This document shows, piece after piece, positions 56,588 through 64,000 of a stretch of 64,000 nt of DNA. Under the pieces are notes generated by a model, which was given only the letters and a program-made list of their open reading frames with translations, was not told the DNA's origin and did no database searches. The number at the start of each line of letters is the position of its first letter. Positions within the stretch are counted from its first letter, which is position 1. The stretch lies in NCBI RefSeq assembly GCF_009914755.1, contig NC_060940.1; one strand, 5' to 3'. The position numbers were made by a program, and so were the translations under genes. Source of the DNA: the human T2T-CHM13v2.0 reference genome, Homo sapiens.

Positions 56588-59500
56588 GATGGTTCCATTC
56601 GAGTCCATTTAATCATTACAGTCGAGTCCATTTGGTGATTCCACTGGATTTCTTTTGATAATGATACCATTCAATTACATTTGATGATGATCCCATTCAA
56701 TTTCATTTGATGATGATTCCATTAGAGTCCATGCGATGATTTCATTCGAGTCCCTTCATTGATTCCATCCGATTTCATTGGATGATGACTCCATTCGAGT
56801 CCATTCGATGATTCCACTCGATTCCATTAGATGACTCCATTGGAGTCCATTTGATTGTTCCATTCGATTCCATTTGATTCCTTTCGAAGATTATTCCATT
56901 TGAGTCCATTCGATGATGATTCCATTCCATTCCATTCCATGATTCCGTTTGATTCCATTCGATGATTCCCTTCGATTCCTTTCTTTGATGATTCCATTCC
57001 ATTCCATTCAATGATTCCATTCGAATCTATTCCATGATGATTCCTTTCGATTCCATTCGCTGATGTTTCCGTTCAATTCCATTCGATGATGATTCCATTC
57101 GATTCCATTCATTGAGGATTCCATTTGATTCCATTCAATGATGATTCCATTCTATTCCATTCAATGATTGCATTCAATTCCATTCAATGATTATCCCATT
57201 AGAGTAAACTCAACGATTCCATTCAATATCATTCGATGATGATTCCTTTTGAGTCCATTCAATGATTTCATTCAAGTCCATTTGATGATTCCTTTCAATT
57301 CCATTCTATGATGATTCCATTCGAGTCCATTCGATGATTCCATTCGATTGCATTCGATGATTCCATTATATTCCATTCAACGATGATTCCATTCGAGTCC
57401 ATTCCATGATTCCATTAGAGTACATTTAATGATTGCTTTGTTTTCAATTCGAAGATGATTACATTGGATTCCATTCTATGATACCATTCGATTCCATTCA
57501 ATGATGATTCCACTCAAATCCATTGGATGATTCCATTCGTGTCCATTCGGTGATTTCATTAGATTCCATTCGAGGATGATTCCATTCGATTCCATTCGAT
57601 GATGATTCCATTCCAGTCCATATGATCATTCCATTTGATTTCATTCGATGATGATTCCATTCGATTCCATTCGACGATTTCATTCTATTCCATTCAATGA
57701 TGATTCCATTCGAGTCCATTCGATGATTCCATTCGAGTCCATTTAATGATTCCATTGGGTTCAATTCAATGATGATTACATTGGATTCCGTTCTATGATT
57801 CCATTCAATTCCGTTCATTGACAATTTGATTCCATTCGATGATGATTCCATTTGAGTTCATTCGATGATTCTATTCGATTCTCTTCGATGGTGATTCAAT
57901 TCTATTATATTGGATGATTCCATTCGATTCCATTTGATGTTGATTCAATTCGATTCTATTCGATGATGATTCCATTGGATTTCACTTGATGATTCTATTC
58001 GATTCCATTCAATGATGATTCACTTCTCGTCCATTGGATGATTCCATTTCATTCCATTCGATGATGATTCCATTCGATTCCATTCGATGATTCCATTTGA
58101 TTCCATGCGACGGTGAGCAATTCGATTCAATTCCATGATGATTCTATTTGATTCAATTAGATGATGTTTCCATTCGAATCCATTCCATGATTATTCCATT
58201 GGAATCCATTCGGCGATGATTCCATATGAGTCAATTCAATGATGATTCCATATGGGTCCGTTCGATGATAATTCCATTTGATTTCATTCGATGCTTCTAT
58301 TCTATTCCAGTCGATGATGATTCCGTTGGAGTCCATACGATGATTCCATTTGATTTCATTTGATGATGATTCCATTCGATGATGATTACATTGGATTCCA
58401 TTCTATGATTCCATTCAATTCCATTCGTTGATGATTCGATTCCATTCAATGATGATTCCATTTGAGTTCATTCGATGATTCTATTCGATTCCGTTCGATG
58501 GTGATTCAATTCTATTATATTGGATGATTCCACTCGATTCCATTTGATGATTATTCCATTGGAGTCCACTTAGTGAATCCTTTAGATTCTACTCGACGAT
58601 GATTCCATTCGAGTCCATTCGATGATACCATTCAATTCCATTCGTTGATGCTTCCATTCAAGTGCATTCGATGATATCATTCGATTCCATTTGATGATAA
58701 TTCCATTTGATTCCATGCGATGATTCTATTCGATTCCATTCAATGATAATTCCATTCAATTCAGTGATTCCTCTGGACTCCATTTGATGATGATTCCATT
58801 CAATGATTCCATTCGATTCTATTCGAAAATGATTCCATTTGAATCCATTTGATGATGATTCCATTAGATTCCATTTGATGATTCCATTCGATTCCATTCG
58901 ACGATGATTCCATTCCATTCCGTTTGATGATTCCATTCTATTCTATTCGATGATGATTCCATTCGATTCCATTCGATGATGATTGGATTCGATTCCATTG
59001 GATGATTTCATTTGATTCCATTCGTTAATGATTTCGATCAATTCCATTCGATGATTCCATTCGATTCCATTCGATAATGATTACATCCGAGTCCATTCGA
59101 TGATTCCCTTTGAGCCTGTTCGATAATTCCATTTGAGTCCAACCAATGATTCCATTCATTTCCATTCAATGATTCCATTCGAGTCCATTTGATCATTCCG
59201 GTAGGGTCCATTCGATGTTGATTCCATTGGAGTGCATTCGATGATTCCATTCGAGTCCATTTTAGGATTTGATTCGAGTCCTTTCGATGATTCCATTCGA
59301 TTCCACTCGATGATGATTTCATTCGAGTCCATTCGACACTTCCAATCGATTCCATTTGATGATTCCATTCGAGTCCAATTGATGATTCCATTCAATTCCA
59401 TTCGATGATGATTCCGTACGATTCCATTCTGTGATGATTCCATGTGATTGCATTCAATGATGATTCCTTTCGATTGCATTCGATTATGATTCATTTCGTG

Positions 59501-62500
59501 TTCATTCTATGGTTCCACAGGTTTCCATTCGTGTCCATTCCATTATTCCATTCTATTCCATTTGATGATGATTCCATTCGATTCCATTCATTGGTGATTC
59601 CACTCAATTCCATTCAATGATTCCATTCCATTTCTTTCAACAATGATTCCATTAGTTTCTAATCGATGATCCACTTGATTCCATTTGACGACGATTCCAT
59701 TCTTGTCCATTCGATGATTCCATTTGATTCCATATGATGATGATTCCATTCGATTCCATACCATGATGATTCCATTCGAGTCCATTCAATGGTGATTCCA
59801 TTCAATTCCATTCGATGATTCCTTTTGATTCCATTCGATGATGATGGCATTCGATTCCTTTCAATCATTCCCTTTGATTCCATTCAAAGGTGATTTCATT
59901 CAAGTCCATTCGATAATTGCATTCGATTCCATTCTATGATGATTCCATTCGAGTCCATTTGATGATTCCATTCAATTCAAGTCAATGATGATTCCATTCG
60001 ATTCCATTCGATGATTCCATTGGATTCCATTCGATGATGATTCCATTCAAATCCATTCGATAATTCAATTCAAGTCCATTCGATGATGATTCCAATCGAA
60101 TCCATTCAAAGATTCCATTCAGTTCCATTCGATGATTCCCTTAGATTCCATTCGATGATTCCACTTGATTGCATTTACGATGATTCCATTCGATTCCATG
60201 TGATGATTCCATTCAATTCTATTCAATGATGTCTCCATTTGATTCCATTCGACCATGATTGCCTTTGATTCCATTCAATGATTCCATTCGGTTCCGTTTG
60301 ATGATGATTCCGTTCGATTCCATTTGATGATTCCATTTGATTCCATTGGATGAGTCCATTCGATTACATTCGATGATTATTCCATTCGAGTGCATTAGAT
60401 GATTCCATTCGAGTCCATTCGATGATTCCATTCGATTCCATTCGATGTTGATTCTGTTCAAATCCATTCGATGATTCCACTCGATTCCATTCGTTGACTC
60501 CATTTGATCCCATTCGATGATTTCCTTTGATTCCCTTTGATGATCATTCCATTTGATTCAATTCGGTGATTTCATTTGATTCCATTCAGTGATGTTTCCA
60601 TTCGACTCCATTCGATGATGATTCCATTCGACTCCATTCGATTATGATTTCATTCAATTCCATTCGATAATGATTCCCTTCGAGTCCATTCGATGATTCC
60701 ATTCGATTCCATTCAACGATGATTTGATTCGTGTCCATTCGATGATTCCATTTGATTCCACTTGATGATGATTCCATTCGAGTCCATTTGATGATTCCAT
60801 TCAATTCCATACTCCGATGATTTCTTTTGAGCCCACTCAATGCTTCCACTCGATTCCATATGATGATGACTCCATTCGATGAAATTCGATGATGATTCCA
60901 TTCGCTTGCTTTCGATGATGATTCCACTTGAGTCCGTTAGAAGATTCTATTCAATTACATTCCATGACGATTCCGTTCGAGTCCATTTGATGATTCCATT
61001 AGACTCCATTCGACGATGATTCCATTCGATGTTATTCGATGATTCCATTCGATCTCATTTGGTGATGATTCCATTCAACTCCATTCGATGTTTCCATTCG
61101 AGTTCATTCTATTATTCCATTAGATTCCATTCGATGATGATTCCATTCGATTCCATTTGATGATTGCATTCTATTTCATTTGATGATGATTCCATTCGAG
61201 TCCACTCGATGATTCCATTCGAGTCCATTTCATGAATCCATTGGTTTCAATTCTATGATGATTACATTGGATTCCATTCGTTGATGATTTCATTCGGTTC
61301 CATTCAATGATGATTCCATTCAATTCCTTTCAATGTTTCCATTCAATTCCATACGATGATGATTCCATTTGATTTGATTCGACAGTGAGCCATTCGATTC
61401 AATTCCATGATGATTCTATTTGATTCAATTGGTTGACATTTCCATTCGATTCCATTCGATGATGATTCCCTTTGATTCCGTTCAAAGATGATTCCATTCT
61501 AGCCCATTCAATCATTCCATTCGATTCTATTCAATGATGATTCCATTCATGTCGATTTGGTGATTCCATTTGACTTCATTTGATGATGATTCCTTTCAAG
61601 TTCATTAGATGATTCCATTCGATTCCATTTGATGATGATCCCATTCGAGTCCATTCAGTGATTCCATTCGTTTCTATTCCATGATGATTCCATTCCTTTC
61701 CATTCAATGATTGCATTCGATTCCGTTTGATGATGATTTCATTCGAGTCCATTTGATGATTCCATTTGATTCCATTCGATGATGATTCCATTCGAGTCCA
61801 TTCGATGATTCTATTCGAATCCATTTGATGATTTCTTTTGATTATATTTGGTGATGATTCCATTGGAGTCCATTCAATGATTCCATTCTATTCCAATCGA
61901 TGATGATTCCATTAGAGTCCATTTAATGATTCCATTTGATTCCAGTCTCTGATGATTACATTCGAGTCCATACGATGATTCTACTCAATTCCATATGATG
62001 ATGATTCCATTTGATTCCATTCGGTGATTCCATTCTATTCTATTCAATGGTGATTCCATTCGAGTACATTAGATGATTCCATTCGATTCCATTCAATGAT
62101 GATTCTATTTGTGTCCCTTAGATGATTCCACATGATTCCATTAGATGATGATACTATTTGAGCCCATCCAATGATTCCCTTCGATTCCATTCGATGAGGA
62201 TTCCATTCGATTCAATTCATTGGTGATTCTATTCAATTCAATTCTTTGATTCCATTCCATTCCATTCGACAATGATTCCATTCGATTTCTTTCGATGATT
62301 CCACTCGATTCCACTTGACATTGATTCCATTCGATTCCATTCAATGATTCCATTTGATTCCAGTGGATGATGATTGCCATCGATTCCATTCGATCACTCC
62401 ATTCTATTCCATTTGATGATGATTACATTCGATTCCATTTGATGATTCCATCTGATTCTATTCGAGGATTCCATTTGATTCCATTCGATGATGATTCCAT

Positions 62501-62676
62501 TCGAGTCCATTAGATGATTTCATTCGAGTACATCCAATGATTCCATTCGAGTCCATTAGATGATTCCATTTGATTCCATTTGAAAATGATTCTACTAGAG
62601 TCCATTCAATGACTCCATTCGAGTCCATTCAACAATTCCATTCGACTCCATTCGATGATTCCATTCGATTCCATTT
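56588..62676 (+). repeat. HOR unit U10, 6,089 bp (full unit minus 23 bp near 57595)
   Basis: 56775->62864 = 6089. One GATTCCATTCAATTCCATTCGAT monomer is missing before CCATTCCAGTCCATATGATC. Confidence 0.92.
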
Positions 62677-64000
62677 GATGGTTCCATTCGAGTCCATTTA
62701 ATCATTACAGTCGAGTCCATTTGGTGATTCCACTGGATTTCTTTTGATAATGATACCATTCAATTACATTTGATGATGATCCCATTCAATTTCATTTGAT
62801 GATGATTCCATTAGAGTCCATTCGATGATTTCATTCGAGTCCCTTCATTGATTCCATCCAATTTCATTGGATGATGACTCCATTCGAGTCCATTCGATGA
62901 TTCCACTCGATTCCATTAGATGACTCCATTGGAGTCCATTTGATTGTTCCATTCGATTCCATTCGATTCCTTTCGAAGATTATTCCATTTGAGTCCATTC
63001 GATGATGATTCCATTCCATTCCATTCGATGATTCCGTTTGATTCCATTCGATGATTCCCTTCGATTCCTTTCTTTGATGATTCCATTCCATTCCATTCAA
63101 TGATTCCATTCGAATCTATTCCATGATGATTCCTTTCGATTCCATTCGCTGATGTTTCCGTTCAATTCCATTCGATGATGATTCCATTCGATTCCATTCA
63201 TTGAGGATTCCATTTGATTCCATTCAATGATGATTCCATTCTATTCCATTCAATGATTGCATTCAATTCCATTCAATGATTATCCCATTAGAGTAAACTC
63301 AACGATTCCATTCAATACCATTCGATGATGATTCCTTTTGAGTCCATTCAATGATTTCATTCAAGTCCATTTGATGATTCCTTTCAATTCCATTCTATGA
63401 TGATTCCATTCGAGTCCATTCGATGATTCCATTCGATTGCATTCGATGATTCCATTATATTCCATTCAACGGTGATTCCATTCGAGTACATTCCATGATT
63501 CCATTAGAGTACATTTAATGATTGCTTTGTTTTCAATTCGAAGATGATTACATTGGATTCCATTCTATGATACCATTCGATTCCATTCAATGATGATTCC
63601 ACTCAAATCCATTGGATGATTCCATTCGTGTCCATTCGGTGATTTCATTAGATTCCATTCGAGGATGATTCCATTCGATTCCATTCGATGATTCCATTCA
63701 ATTCCATTCGATGATGATTCCATTCCAGTCCATATGATAATTCCATTTGATTTCATTCGATGATGATTCCATTCGATTCCATTCGACGATTCCATTCTAT
63801 TCCATTCGATGATGATTCCATTCGAGTCCATTCGATGATTCCATTCGAGTCCATTTAATGATTCCATTGGGTTCAATTCAATGATGATTACATTGGATTC
63901 CGTTCTATGATTCCATTCAATTCCGTTCATTGACAATTTGATTCCATTCGATGATGATTCCATTTGAGTTCATTCGATGATTCTATTCGATTCTCTTCGA
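62677..64000 (+). repeat. Partial HOR unit U11, running off the window end
   Basis: Landmarks at 62864 and 63565 are collinear with 1036 and 1737. Confidence 0.9.

Larger units (their letters stand above)
1..64000 (+). repeat. Human Satellite II (HSat2/HSATII) tandem array, CATTC-rich strand on +, probably HSat2B-type pericentromeric heterochromatin (chr16q11.2-like)
   Basis: Continuous ATTCCATTCG/GAGTCCATTCG plus GATGAT(GAT) motifs, e.g. CATTCGATGATGATTCCATTCGATTC. The frequent TCGA and GATGAT blocks separate it from pure (CATTC)n HSat3. The chromosome assignment rests only on recall of the ~6.1 kb period. Confidence 0.97.

Noticed and set aside
313-63963. Many 60-132 aa minus-strand ORFs (MESSNGIEWNHRM...)
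   Set aside because: They are translations of the GAATG/ATC repeat, overlap in several frames and recur with the HOR. The + strand is closed by TGA in GATGAT while the minus strand is rich in ATG and poor in stops. Indels of 1, 10, 13, 23 and 49 bp ignore frame, and no domain is recognisable.
1-64000. CRISPR-like repeat/spacer array or any prokaryotic system
   Set aside because: There is no invariant repeat separated by unique spacers and no cas-like ORF. All intervening sequence is the same degenerate satellite.
1-64000. Inversion or strand switch in the array
   Set aside because: No GAATG-rich tract was seen on +, and all ORF landmarks are on one strand in collinear order.
1-64000. HSat3, alpha satellite or CENP-B boxes
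   Set aside because: Pure CATTC runs are only about 3 units long (e.g. ~423-438), there is no 171-bp period, and no CENP-B box was recognised.

Overview
The whole 64 kb is a single-orientation array of primate, very likely human, classical Satellite II (HSat2/HSATII). It is built from degenerate CATTC/ATTCCATTCG units alternating with (G)ATGAT blocks of about 23/26 bp. I found no genes, transposons or inversions; all listed ORFs are minus-strand by-products of the repeat. Recurring ORF and sequence landmarks show a 6,112-bp higher-order repeat (HOR). From recall, a ~6.1 kb HSat2 period is characteristic of the HSat2B array at 16q11.2; this was not checked by search. Successive unit lengths are 4594, 6063, 9908 (composite), 5736, 6112, 5738, 5738, 6112, 5738 and 6089 bp. 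The interesting structure is in the array's architecture: a 374-bp-deletion variant alternating with full units as an 11.85-kb super-repeat, a recent 5,738-bp duplication, an out-of-register 4,594-bp duplication, a ~1.8-kb non-HOR HSat2 island flanked by divergent partial units, and one exact DUX4-type motif per unit. I see no evidence for a novel protein-coding system.
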